A DNA stretch of 64,000 nt from Macrostomum lignano (taxonomy: Eukaryota). Made by a program: the position numbers and the translations under genes. Shown here one piece after another: positions 38,010-59,199 of this stretch (its first letter is position 1; each line of letters begins with the position of its first letter). The stretch spans positions 124,001 through 188,000 of the forward strand of contig NIVC01000628.1 of NCBI GenBank assembly GCA_002269645.1, read 5' to 3'. The notes below the pieces were generated by a model. It searched no databases. It was given only the letters and a program-made list of their open reading frames with translations, and was not told where the DNA came from.

Positions 38010-39991
38010 ATAGAAATATAGCTAGTAGCCTTATTCCCAGCGGGTGCACTGCGTTTTCCACTACTGCTTTGTATTAAACCCTGGCTCTCCATGAGCAATG
38101 ACTAAGCGCAGTCTAAAAATAAGCTGCAGAGCAGCGCTGTGTTCTCTGCATGGTCGCGATAATAAAAATGCCACTCCTGCAGAAGAACCCAGATTTAATT
38201 TGTGATGCGAGATTAAGGCTGAGTCCCGATCAAGAACGGATCAAGGGTAGCTGGGGCCAGGACAGTTCAGGACTTCGCGTAAATAAAACATGCAAGTTTT
38301 CTATACTAGCCCACTTTTAACCACAATGCTTGGTTGCTCCAGCTTCTCTGAGCAGTTCTTAAGCTGATCATCCCTCATCCGCAATCTGTCTGCTGGCAAC
38401 CTAGAGTCTCCACTGTTAAATTAATTATTTAAATGTTTCTTAAGTTACCCCTACCACCCGTTTCGCCTGATGACACTCCTAACCAATTTAGTAAATGGAC
38501 GTTAGCGACTGCTAGAAAAAACAAAGGAAAACAAACTTCGAAATGATTGACTCAAGGACCTTGGATTGACTCATCCCGTGAATCGACAAATCCAATATAA
38601 GATTGTTTAAAAGTAAATTTATGTCCATGTAGTGATAGAAAGCTTAGATATTACTACAAATATTCTGCACGTTGCCTTTAAATCCTTTGACTGCCTGGGA
38701 TCTTAAGTTTGGATATCCAGTTGTAAATTAGTTGCTGTTATGTTTTTTTTCTTTTCTCTAGGAATTTCTGCTGCTATATAGTGAGCTAAGTCGTTTTTAT
38801 ATACAGCAAGTTTTAGCCAAAGCATTTGAATTAGCGCATGTTTAGATGCATATTTTTTAATCAAAAACTATTGAATTGAAAGTAAATATTTAATTAAGAT
38901 TCCGTTTCCTTCTGTCTAATATTCGAATGTGTAGAGCAGTGCCAAAGACTCCAATCAATATTTCAAAAGAATCTAAAAGATTTTCGCTATTTAGTAGTTT
39001 AAATATTTTTGCTAGAGCGACAATCTAGAAAAAAGTTCAACAACGTTGAACTTTTTTGTTTGTCTTTTTGCAACTAAGGTTATCCGCGGCAAATTGACGT
39101 AGGAGCACATTAACAGGCAAGTCAGGGTTATTAACACTTTGAAATGGTACCGCATGTCGTGAAACAGGTCACTGATTCACTGTTATTAATTTTATACCTA
39201 CTTCCCGTTCTCACCCAGAGTAGTTTTTTACTATAATATCTAAATATACTAAATCTCTAATATTTGTATGCTTGTCCATAACTCTCTAGTATTAGTAAGA
39301 TATACTATTACTATGTTTCAAAGCACCGCACCACTTAGCTGATATTAGCAAAAATAAAACTTAAGCAATTCACGTTGTCGTTTTGTTGATTATATTTTAG
39401 AATTTACATTTGCTACTTGCTACAAGTAAATATAGTATATGCATTTATAATTTCGAAATGCTGTTTTTAAGGCTGATTATTAGAGTTCTTAGGGGTGAAT
39501 ATGTGTTGCAAACTAGTCACGTGCAATCAGATACAATTAGATTGTACTCTTTCCAATTTTTGGGTTGGCTTGTTTTGCCTCTTTTTATTTCAAATTTTGT
39601 ATTGCATTTTCATCCTCTTTCTGTATTACTTATTTTAAGACCTAAAGCATAGTCCTAAAAATTAAGGACTTTAGCTTATTGTTTTCTTAACTTAAAAATT
39701 TTAAATAGGCTTTTAAAATAGATTTTCTAATTCAAAGAGCTAAAATATTTAAACGGAGTTAGAATATCATTTTCATCTTTAATAATTTTAACCAACATAT
39801 ATAAAAACAATACCGTTATAATATTAATAACTTTGTTGTAACTGGAGCTATGAGTATTTTCCTATACTAAAAACTGAAATACGTTAAATTACCATGTATA
39901 ACAAAACGCTTGCTTTCCATGTTATGCCTTAGTTTCGCATTTTTATAGTGAATGATGATACACGTGTGTTTTCATTTCTGTTCCAAAGAAT

Positions 39992-42972
39992 ATGCCAGAA
40001 GGAAACATTTTACAAGTACTAGACTACTACAAAAATTATGAGCTAGAAGGAGATGAAATTCCATTAAATAACTATCTTTTGAGTTCCCCAAAAGGATTTC
40101 CAACTTTGCGCAGCCTGGTTGACAGTCAGCTGCAAGCTGCCAAACCGAGTGCGGCGAGGGCCAACCAGCCACAGCCAACTCCGTGTAGCAGACGAAAAGA
40201 AGAGCTGTTTCAGATTCAGAAATTCACCGATATTGATCAGGCAGCAGAGTCGGTGCAACTGAACTGGCAGGACGGCTGGGAGACGCTTTCTCAGAAATTG
40301 TTTCGGAATTCGACCGGCGATCTCGAAAAAGTGCGCTCTGCTTTTGTGTTTACCTGCAGAGACTGGAACAACGGACTGCCAGCTCGCAACAAAGAGAGCT
40401 CAGCGTATAGGCTTATTCGAGAGAGAAACTATGCAGAGATTTTTGAGAACTTGGTCAGGTAAGGACTGCTCATTCTGAAGAGTTCAGGTTCAGTCATTCA
40501 GTTTGTTAAGGAAATTAATTTTTGTAGCAAATTGTGTGTAAAGATTGTTGAAGAAGAGCACGTGAAGCCTGTATGTACGATTTGATGCGAGAGTGCCTTG
40601 AAAGTGCTAAATTTTTATTTTAGAAAAGAGACTATCGCATTGGGAGTGAAACCTAGTAGATTAGCCTCTTAGCAGACCAGTGTCTTAGTAAACCAGTGTC
40701 TTAGTAGACCAGTGTCTTAGTAAACCAGTGTCTTAGTAGACCAGTGTCTTAGTAAACCAGTGTCTCAGTAGACCAGTGTCTTAGTAGACTAGTGTCTTAG
40801 TAGACCAGTGTCTTAGTAAACCAGTGTCTCAGTAGACTAGTGTCTTAGTAGACTAGTGTCTTAGTAGACCAGTGTCTTAGTAAACCAGTGTCTCAGTAGA
40901 CCAGTGTCTTAGTAGACCAGTGTCTTAGTAGACCAGTGTCTTAGTAGACCAGTGTCTTAGTAAACCAGTGTCTCAGTAGACCAGTGTCTTAGTAGACTAG
41001 TGTCTTAGTAGACCAGTGTCTTAGTAAACCAGTGTCTTCGTAGACCAGTGTCTTAGTTGATCAGTGTCTTAGTAAACCTGTGTCTTAGTTGATCAGTGTC
41101 TTAGTAGACCAGTGTCTTAGTAAACCAGTGTCTTAGTAAACCAGTGTCTTAGTTGATCAGTGTCTCAGTAGACCAGTGTCTTAGTAGACCAGTGTCTTAG
41201 CAGACCAGTGTCTTAGCAGACCAGTGTCTTAGTAGACCAGTGTCTTAGTTGATCAGTGTCTTAGTAAACCTGTGTCTTAGTTGATCAGTGTCTTAGTAGA
41301 CCAGTGTCTTAGTAAACCAGTGTCTTAGTAGACCAGTGTCTTAGTTGATCAGTGTCTCAGTAGACCAGTGTCTTAGTAGACCAGTGTCTTAGCAGACCAG
41401 TGTCTTAGCAGACCAGTGTCTTAGTAGACCAGTGTCTTAGTTGATCAGTGTCTTAGTAGACCAGTGTCTTAGTAAACCAGTGTCTCAGTAGACCAGTGTC
41501 TTAGTAGACTAGTGTCTTAGTAGACCAGTGTCTTAGTAAACCAGTGTCTTAGTAAACCAGTGTCTTAGTAGACCAGTGTCTTAGTAGACCAGTGTCTTAG
41601 TAGACCAGTGTCTTAGTAAACCAGTGTCTCAGTAGACCAGTGTCTTAGTAGACTAGTGTCTTAGTAGACCAGTGTCTTAGTAAACCAGTGTCTTCGTAGA
41701 CCAGTGTCTTAGTAAACCAGTGTCTCAGTAGACCAGTGTCTTAGTAGACCAGTGTCTTAGCAGACCAGTGTCTTAGCAGACCAGTGTCTTAGCAGACCAG
41801 TGTCTTAGCAGACCAGTGCACCGAGAGTCTTGAGGCTCGATCGCACCTCCATAAAATGGAGTAAATTTTTGCGTGATCACGCAACTTGTAAATATTCTTT
41901 AGTCCCTTTGTGCGCGAGTGCTGCGACTTGACGGCTCATTTAGCGTAGCGGTGCACTAACCAAGAGTGACTTAGTGAGCCTTTTCCCATATTAATGAAAG
42001 TATAGCAAACGCAGGAAAATATTTCAGAGCCGGAGGCGTACCAATAGAACGAATCGAAGGCTGGAAGAAGTCTGCAGACTCCAAAGTTGGCTTCCATGTC
42101 AGACGATCGGTAAATCCTTGGCACGCCTGCTTCGTGAGCGGAGAATGGCGACTGGTTGACGTCCATTGGGCTGCCTCATCGGTATTCAGCAGCCGCTCTG
42201 GTAGATACCAAGAGCTGGACAAAGATGGCGAGTTGTCCCAGACCCTGACAGCCAGTGAGACCCCTCAGATTGAGGAGAAATTTGGCCGTAACGAGTTTTT
42301 CTTTCTAACTGATCCCGAGAAGCTGGTAATGAGCCACTACCCGGACAATAGGAGCTGGCAGCTGCTGAAGAAGCCCATCGCGAAGCTCGAGCAGTTCGAG
42401 CAGATGCCGCACTATTTTGCCGGCTCTGAGCAGGCCATGCCGCACTGCTGGCAGGTGGAGCCGCTCAACTATCTGAAAAATGTCATTCTAGCTGAAGAGG
42501 AAGGCCGAGTTGAGATTCTGTTCAGGTAATTTATTTTACAATTTTGGACGTGCAAACTTTTCAACAGCTCGTCGTACACCCGTACAAAGTGCCGATTGGA
42601 ATGGACATTGCAGAGTGCCTGACGCCGAGCTGCTTCGAGATTTAGAATTCGATGCCAAGGTCAGCATCGCCAGCAGGTGCTTGTCGAGTTCTGATGCGCC
42701 GGCATCCAACAGGTTGAAACATGGCAGAATCATTCGCTGCGACCGGCTTGGTCCTGCACCATCGGACATTGTCCGGGTTGTGTTTCGGTCACCTTGCGCT
42801 GGCAAGTTCGCTCTGACAGTTCGAATTAAAAAGAAGTATGGAGGCAGCGGCTGGGCTCGACTGGCCACCTACATTGTGCACTGTCCTGTGGTAGGTGTCC
42901 CGTGGTTTGTCTGCCTCAGTCTGCCTTTCCTTAGTCTAGGGAAAGCCATGTGTTTCTCTGTCATCAGCATTG

Positions 42973-43063
<91 letters not shown>

Positions 43064-45132
43064 TATCATCATCATCATACTGTGCAATTTTATTTTCAAC
43101 ATTACGAGCGTATTAGAGATCGCCTACTGAAGAGTAGCAAGTAAAGAATTTTAAGCGACTTATGTTGCGTGCGAAAGGCGCACTAAAAGTTTTGAATTAT
43201 TAAAGTTTATTACAATTTATAAAAAAATTGAAACCATCTGTTTCAAAAAGCAGTCCTTGTCTATCGTGAGTTACACTTGCACTTTCCTGCTAATCTGTGA
43301 AATTATATTGTTAATGCAGGTATCTAAAGAATCAAAATTATCAAAGTCATCTCAACCGCCAAATCCAGAACCAGAGTCAGAGTGCGGCCCAAATCTCAAA
43401 ACAAGGATCAGTGATCATAGATCCGCCAAATCAAGACACAAATCCAAAGCCATATTCAAGGCCAAATTCAGATCTAGATGCAACTCCAAAACCAGAGCCA
43501 AAACCATACATCTGGAGCCAAAACCGGAGTTCAAGCCCTTTGGGTCGAAAGTTTCCAATGGGAAATTTGACCAGAGAGCAACTAGCTCAGTTGCGCAGCT
43601 ACCCGAAGCCGCCAAAATGGGAATTCAAGGCGGTCAAAGCCATACTGCTCATGCTGGGCTTTTACGAAGGACGGAGCAACGTGAGTGGCAGGACGGTTTT
43701 GTAGGGTGGCAACAATTTCAAGCATACGAAACGTTTGCTAATTTAAATTTCAGAAATGGGTCCGCTGTCAGCAACTAATCTCTGCCATACCTCAGGCGGC
43801 CAACGATTTAATTATCGAATCCGTTCATCCGGAAATCGCTGCCAGATGCCTGCAACTCGTCCAGTCGAAATCTGGTACGCCAGCGGCCAAGGATAACCCG
43901 GAAGAGAAAGCTTCGTATATCTTCAGGGAGTGGGTGAGTTCGCGATGCAATTGCGATGTGACTGAGGGTCAGGGCATGAGATAGGTGTCGGGAGGGGCAG
44001 AGGGGCAGCGCGTGAGGTGGGTGTCGGGAGGGGCAGGGGAGCACGTGGAGGTGGGTGTTAAGAGGGGCAGAGAGGCATGGCAGCGCGTGAGGTTTCGGGA
44101 GGGGCAGGGGGAGTGCGTGGAGGTGGGTGTTGAGAGGGGCAGAGAGGCATGGCAGCGCGTGAGGTTTCGGGAGGGGCAGGGGGAGTGCGTGGAGGTGGGT
44201 GTTGAGAGGGGCAGAGAGGCATGGCAGCGCGTGAGGTTTCGGGAGGGGCAGGGGGAGCACGTGGAGGTGGGTGTTGAGAGGGGCAGAGAGGCATGGCAGC
44301 GCGTGAGGTTTCGGGAGGGGCAGGGGGAGTGCGTGGAGGTGGGTGTTGAGAGGGGCAGAGAGGCATGGCAGCGCGTGAGGTTTCGGGAGGGGCAGGGGGA
44401 GTGCGTGGAGGTGGGTGTTGAGAGGGGCAGAGAGGCATGGCAGCGCGTGAGGTTTCGGGAGGGGCAGGGGGAGTGCGTGGAGGTGGGTGTTGAGAGGGGC
44501 AGAGAGGCATGGCAGCGCGTGAGGTTTCGGGAGGGGCAGGGGGAGTGCGTGGAGGTGGGTGTTGAGAGGGGCAGAGAGGCATGGCAGCGCGTGAGGTTTC
44601 GGGAGGGGCAGGGGGAGTGCGTGGAGGTGGGTGTCGGGAGTGGCAGGGGAGCGCGTGGAGGTGGGTGTCGGGAGTGGCAGGGGAGCGCGTGGAGGTGGGT
44701 GGTCGGGAGTGGCAGGGGAGCGCCTGGAGGTGGGGTGTCGGGAGGGGCAGGAGGAGCGCGCAAGGTGTGGGTATCGGGAACGGGTCTTTAGTTTCAATTT
44801 ATTCGCTGGAATAAAATTTCTGTCAAAACTTTATGTATGCAATCTAACATTAAATTCTCAAGGTTGAAAAGAACGCCAACGCAGTCAAGGAGGTGACGCC
44901 GCCCGGCGAGTTCAAAGCAGCTGACAAACAGCGGCAGGTGCAGCTGTTCGGCATCACACCCGAGGAGGAGGCCCATTGGGACTGGGAGGACAATATAAAA
45001 AAGTCTGAAGTGGCCCAGAAATTCATCTGCTTTTGCGACTATTGTCACGTTGCGATCTATAATAACGATTTAAAGATCCACCTGCACTGCAACGTGTCCA
45101 GAGCGAATGGCTTGCGCAAAAATGCACTGTGA
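39992..45132 (+). CDS. Hillarin/KY-like paralog C (shorter, divergent); exons 39992..40458, 42028..42525, 42614..42890, about 43330/43369..43680, 43754..43933, 44863..45132
   Basis: Motifs DLEKVRSAF, YAEIFENLV, GWKKS, WHACFVSGEWRLVDVHW, FFFLTDPE, WQLLKKP, LAQLRSYPKP..VKAILLMLG and KWVRCQQL. It lacks the equivalents of A/B exons 4 and 5. The acceptor of the fourth exon is ambiguous. Confidence 0.72.
40670..41818. repeat. 16-bp minisatellite (ACCAGTGTCTTAGTAG), about 70 copies
   Basis: Seen directly in a paralog C intron. Confidence 0.97.
42963..43078. repeat. (CAT)n trinucleotide microsatellite
   Basis: Intronic; source of the poly-I, poly-H and poly-M ORFs. Confidence 0.97.
43985..44760. 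repeat. G-rich 72-bp minisatellite with degenerate flanking subunits
   Basis: Period of 72 bp between 44101 and 44173; lies in the last intron of paralog C. Confidence 0.95.
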
Positions 45133-46845
45133 GACTAAATGGTGATTACAGTCTGAACATTTCGTAGAAACTGGGAACCTTTTGACTCGTTAACGTTTTA
45201 CAAATGGCAATGCTCGTATGTAAGACTGGGTTAATCTCTTGTGTTATGAAAATATTTTGCATTTCTAAAGTACTAAAGAGAAAGTAAATGCATGATAGCG
45301 GAGACAGGAGAGTCAGGTTATGGGTGGGGGTGGGAAGAAATGCGAGAAAGGAATCTGAGAAATCGAGGAGAGGGAGAGCAGAGATGGAGAGAATAAATAG
45401 AGAAGAGATGAAGAGAAGAGAAAGAGAGAAGATGCGAGGAAGGTGGGCGTCGGCAACACTGCTGGTACTCCAGTTTCTGCTTTTTCATATCCTAATATTG
45501 CCGTTGTGAACTCGCGTATTCTTGTTCAAATCAATTTGCTGCTGATATTTTGATTTGATACATAAACTTTGATTTGCAGATTTAATATATTCATCATTTG
45601 TCAACAACATTATTTATTAGCACATTGGACTTCGGAATCATTTTCGGCGAGTTTTTACAACAGATTGGCGCTGCTTTTTTAATCTAGAAATAAATTAACG
45701 TTTTACAATAAAGCTGGCTATTTTACTCAAGAAGCGCCCGTTATTGCTTTTTTAAAATAAATATTCAGAAATGCTGGCATGAGCAAAATACTTTTTGATT
45801 TTCTTTTTTTGAAGGGAGTGTGAACCTTCAATTGTTCACAATTGAACAATACCGCACATATACATATGTACATGAAATTCTGCGGCTTGCAGTGATTAAG
45901 CTAGGCTCAGGGTTTAAATTGGGTTTCAAGTTGTCGCATTGGCTTTCAGGATGCTAAACTAAACTTGGTTTTACAGAGCCGTATTGGTGTTAGTAGGGCA
46001 CAGTTAGGCGTCCAGGAGGGCGCGTATAAGTTATCAAGGGCCGTTATTCAGATGTCTATCTGGGCCGGAACAAACCGGGTGCCACTGCCCCACATTTTCA
46101 TATAGGTGTCAGTAGCGCATTGTACAATGTAACCTAATGAATCTCCATGAACTGCTGACCTCCCAAAAATACATAGAGAGGTTTGACCGCCAGCATGAAA
46201 TCCATACCTTGAATGAGGTTGACTATCCATGAATTAATACCTATTTATCTTCATATATTGAATTTGCCATGGTGCAGTTTTGATTGTTTGAAATTTTTTT
46301 TTAAATTCTTTATTTCTGGAAAATATTTAAAGTAAATTTACGTACTCGTAATTTTGTTTTTCCTAACAGGTTACTCAGTAACATTTTAAAAGTGGTTTTC
46401 CTGGTTTCTAGAAAACTTATAAGTAGGTAAAATTAAACACCTAACTTTCAACATTTAGGGCTCTGAGCTGAGACTAGCTGTTGACGAATCTTTTGGAAGA
46501 AATTGTTTTTATATTGATTTTTTTGCTCATTTTTTAGAGTTACATTACTCATACCAGACTGTAACGTCTGTAAGTATCTATACAGTCTACAAATTCCTCC
46601 ATTTGACATTGTGTCATCTCCACTTCAGGATAGGCCTACTATACTGAGTGATAGTGTCAGTGATAGGCCTACTGAATAATTGTATAACGTTTAAAAAACT
46701 TTTCATTAATCACAATAAGAAGATATTCCTACGTTAATATTGTTAAACCATAAAATTAAATTAAGTTAGGCCTCCTTAGCTACTTTATTTGTTGGTCTTA
46801 AGCCAGTTAAGTATTTAATCTAGTCCAGACTAGACAAATTTTATC

Positions 46846-55110
<8,265 letters not shown>

Positions 55111-56139
55111 GCTGAGCTGAGCTGAGCCAGCCATGCTTATTTACGAGAATCTATCTCTCAGATAAAGCCCAATTTAATCGCGTCCATCTGAAAAAAAAAC
55201 ATTTATTGCACCTGTCTGGGCTTTACGAGTAATATGTCCGCTCTCGTATTTTTTTATTACCGTTTTGCGCTCATTTTGTAGTACTCGCTGTAGCAAGTGC
55301 ACGTGCATTAAGGTTTGGTTTTGCCTGTTTCTATTTAGCGTGCAATTTCTTAAATCATTGATATGTAATAACTGACACTAAGACTGGACATAGTCATCGT
55401 TTATTCACTGTTTTTTAGCTGGTCTAGCAAATTTAATTAGTATGTCGCTAATACTACTACTACTGTCGGCAGTTATCGACAGTAGTTCATTGCAAGCATA
55501 TAGATATTTTTTATTTTTCAATCGTTTATTCTTTAGCCAGCGTGTGCAATTAAAAATGATAACAACCAGAAGTAAAAAAATGATAAGTCTGTCAGCGATC
55601 TGTGATAACAGAAATTGGTGAAACGGATGGATTGAATTGAAATTGAAATTTCATAAGGCTCTGTTTTAGGACGCGACTATTCGAGCCATTGTTTTTCTTA
55701 ACTTTCATTCATTGAGGCCTATAGATACTGCTTGGTAGTTTATGCATATAAATTATTATATTGTGTGAATATGATAAAATAATAATTTTTGTATTGCGAA
55801 TCAGCAAGTGCTCAGCACTTCATCAATCAATTTGTTGGACTTCTCAAACCCTACAATCCCAGATCTCTCAGTCGATCTCGGTTAATCTGTAATTACAGTT
55901 TTACATTTGTTGCTAATTTATTATTTTATTACGAGTAAATTGTGCAGTTCACATTTTCAGCGCAAATTTGGGCAATTCTGAAAATATATTAAATAAAATT
56001 GCTTGCTAGAATGACTCGCATTCACCTGTGCGTTGGCTGTTTTGCCTCAGCCTCTTTGGGCGAATCTGTACCCGCATCTTGGCTAAGTAATTCGCCTTGC
56101 CTCTTTTGCAACAGACCTATGCTTGTGGGCGCCGCCGCT

Positions 56140-57080
56140 CCCACCCCATCTCCCCGATGTGAGTCTCCTCTTCGGGGCGCCGCTTCTCCAACACCCCACC
56201 TCCCCGATGTGAGTCTCCTCTTCGGGGCGCCGCTTCTCCAACACCCCACCTCCCCGATGTGAGTCTCCTCTTCGGGGCGCCGCTTCTCCAACACCCCACC
56301 TCCCCGATGTGAGTCTCATCTCCTCTGCGGGGCACCGCTTCTCCACCAACCCACCTCCCCGATGTGAGTCTCATCTCCTCTGAGGGGCACCGCTTCTCCA
56401 CCACCCCACCTCCCCGATGTGAGTCTCATCTCCTCTGCGGGGCACCGCTTCTCCACAAACCCACCTCCCCGATGTGAGTCTCATCTCCTCTTCGGGGCAC
56501 CGCTTCTCCACCACCCCACCTCCCCGATGTGAGTCTCATCTCCTCTGCGGGGCACCGCTTCTCCACCAACCCACCTCCCCGATGTGAGTCTCATCTCCTC
56601 TGAGGGGCACCGCTTCTCCACCACCCCACCTCCCCGATGTGAGTCTCATCTCCTCTGCGGGGCACCGCTTCTCCACAAACCCACCTCCCCGATGTGAGTC
56701 TCATCTCCTCTGAGGGGCACCGCTTCTCCACCACCCCACCTCCCCGATGTGAGTCTCATCTCCTCTGCGGGGCACCGCTTCTCCACCAACCCACCTCCCC
56801 GATGTCTGTGCAGGGCGCCGCTTCTCCCCCACCCCACCTCCCGATGTCTCTGCAGGGCGCCGCTTCTCCCCCACCCCACTTCCCCGATGTCTCTGCAGGG
56901 CGCCGCTTCTCCCCCACCCCACCTCCCCGATGTCTGCAGGGCGCCGCTTCTCCCCCACCCCACTTCCCCGATGTCTCTGCAGGGCGCCGCTTCTCCCCCA
57001 CCCCACCTCCCGATGTCTCTGCAGGGCGACGCTTCTCCCCCACCACACCTCCCGATGTCTCTGCAGGGCGACGCTTCTCC
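56140..57080. repeat. C-rich minisatellite whose unit changes from 50 bp to 55 bp to about 43 bp
   Basis: A shared core of CCCCACCTCCCCGATGT and GCCGCTTCTCC persists throughout. Confidence 0.93.
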
Positions 57081-58109
57081 GCCTCCCATTGATCTTTGAA
57101 GTTTATGGAGTGCCCCCTCCAAGTGTCACTAAAGAAAATCAATGAAGGTCCGGTATTATAAAAATTCTCGCCCTGAATGCAACTGTGGGGATTATAGATC
57201 TTCAGAGGACTGCTCTGTCTCCCGGGCAGCTTTGCATTGGAATGGCCGTTATTGGCGTTGTCCGTCTCCTCAGCTGGCTGTATTTTATTTGCATATAATC
57301 GACTTTCAGGGATTTAAAGCAATCCGCTGTGCCCACTGGGATGGGGGGATTTCTACCGACTCGGCTCCTCCTCAGCTAGGGAGGAATAGCTAGCGCTGCT
57401 CACAGTTTGAAAATCCCCTCTGCCGGATCGAATGCCCGCATTTGCATGATCTTGCCCCCCGCTGCCCATCGGCGCCTGCACATGATATCCCAACTTTCCT
57501 AGCAGTTCTTTATATCCCTTATAGACAATCGATTTCTCTTGGGTAGGGGAGATTGAGGCTGAGGGGGGATTTATCTGACTCTCCGGAAGGGATGCGGCAG
57601 TAGGGGATCTGCGGGAGCAAGTAAAGCCGTCGTCATCTTTGACTGACAACCTGTCTGCTTCTTCCGATATGATCTGCATGGAATCCCGGAGCGAATGCTT
57701 TGGGGAGAGGGGATAATTCAGCTTCTCTGATCCCAAGCCTCATTCAGCTTGAAGATAAACAGGAACTGCGCCTTGGGCCCCGCCTCAATTTCCCGGGAAT
57801 AATCGGAGGCCAACCTTCTCCTCCCCGTAATTTGATTGCCGCGCCAGGCGCCGCGCTCCCAAATCTCCCCACTATTTCCCAGCGCAAGGGCCCCTTCCCT
57901 ACGGCTACTGATCGGGGCGACTTGGAACTGGCCTTTGCGTGAGGAACCAAACTGTTATGTATGACATGGAAAACAACAGACTCGGGGGGGGGTATGGGTG
58001 GGTCTAGGGCCTGTGTAACCTTCGCAGTCACGCATCGCGCTTATTTGGCTTGTGCCTGAGTCAAAATAAAAAAAACAGCCAGAATACAAGTCAGAGACAG
58101 ACTGGTCGC

Positions 58110-58187
58110 TTTCACAAGCTAAGTTGTGAGCTAGCGGAGTTTTCGACGATACGAGCGTATGAAATTGGCTCGTATGAGCTTGTGAAA
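58110..58187. other. Small nested-hairpin element
   Basis: TTTCACAAGCT / AGCTTGTGAAA form an 11-bp inverted repeat enclosing the ATACGAGC / GCTCGTAT 8-bp inverted repeat. Confidence 0.55.
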
Positions 58188-59199
58188 CGCAACATAGCCA
58201 GATGCTAAAAATAGCACATAATCTCTAAACTAAGTTGTCTATGATAGCGAGCGTTCACCTCTGAGAATCTCGACTAGTCCAGCTTCACAAGACACCAGGG
58301 AAATAGACTAAGCGAACAGGCAAAAATGTGGAAATGCTTGCTCCTTCAATTGCTTGCTCATTTTCATATTTTAGTCTCGCAATATGCTATAACTTTCTTT
58401 AACCCTTACTTACTTGCCCTTGCAAATCTCGAGAGCGGCAAAGAGAAACAGACCGGAGGCTGTTCATCATTAGCACGGTATTTCTTATAACTATAGATTA
58501 TATTTCATTTTTAGTATATTGGATTTTTATTATAACGTCACAAAGTTTTAAATGATTGCGGGAAATCGGCTGGGTAATAAATACGTCAGATGTGCGGGCG
58601 CAGCAGCGGGGGTGTGGGGTGTTGGCGTCTGTGATTAACTATGCTGGCCATGGACCTCTGCATGCTCTGGACTGGGAGCGATTACCTCGCTGAAAAGTGG
58701 AAGAACCTCTGAGAAATTTCAAGAAGTCTCCAGTTGTATGAGCGTGGGTCTGCTCCCAGTCCAGGTTTATTAGAAACTAGATTAAAATCAATTAGAAATA
58801 GCAATAAAAAGCAAAGAAACATTATATGGTTGCAGGACTGCGAAAGTATTAGGCAAAAAGTGTCACTACAGTATTTATTTCTTTTTTGACATATCTGCAG
58901 AATGGTCCGTGTGGATGCACGTAAGGAGGTCAGGACGCAAAAAATAAATCGCTTTATTTTCGGTGCACACAAGGCTTGTTTTAAGAGTATCATTTTGCTA
59001 TAAGAATTGTAACAGTTTTTATAACGATCTTTGTTTATGTACATCTAACGAGAATGCGATTCAAAAAGCCGCATTGAATTTCAGACTGTTATTATGGGTC
59101 ATTTCGTGGCGCAGAATGTCATTTAAAGTTATTGAAAAAGTACTCAGCTTTCTCAATTTCAGGCATGTACATATTAGCACCTACCCCTCTCCATTCTCT

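Noticed and set aside
42869-43144. Poly-His, poly-Ile and poly-Met ORFs
   Set aside because: They come from an intronic (CAT)n microsatellite downstream of the donor at 42891.
43808-44867. Pro/His-rich and Gly/Arg-rich ORFs
   Set aside because: They derive from the 72-bp intronic minisatellite.
57142-58031. Short ORFs as a gene or retroelement gag
   Set aside because: There are no recognisable motifs, so I left this unassigned.
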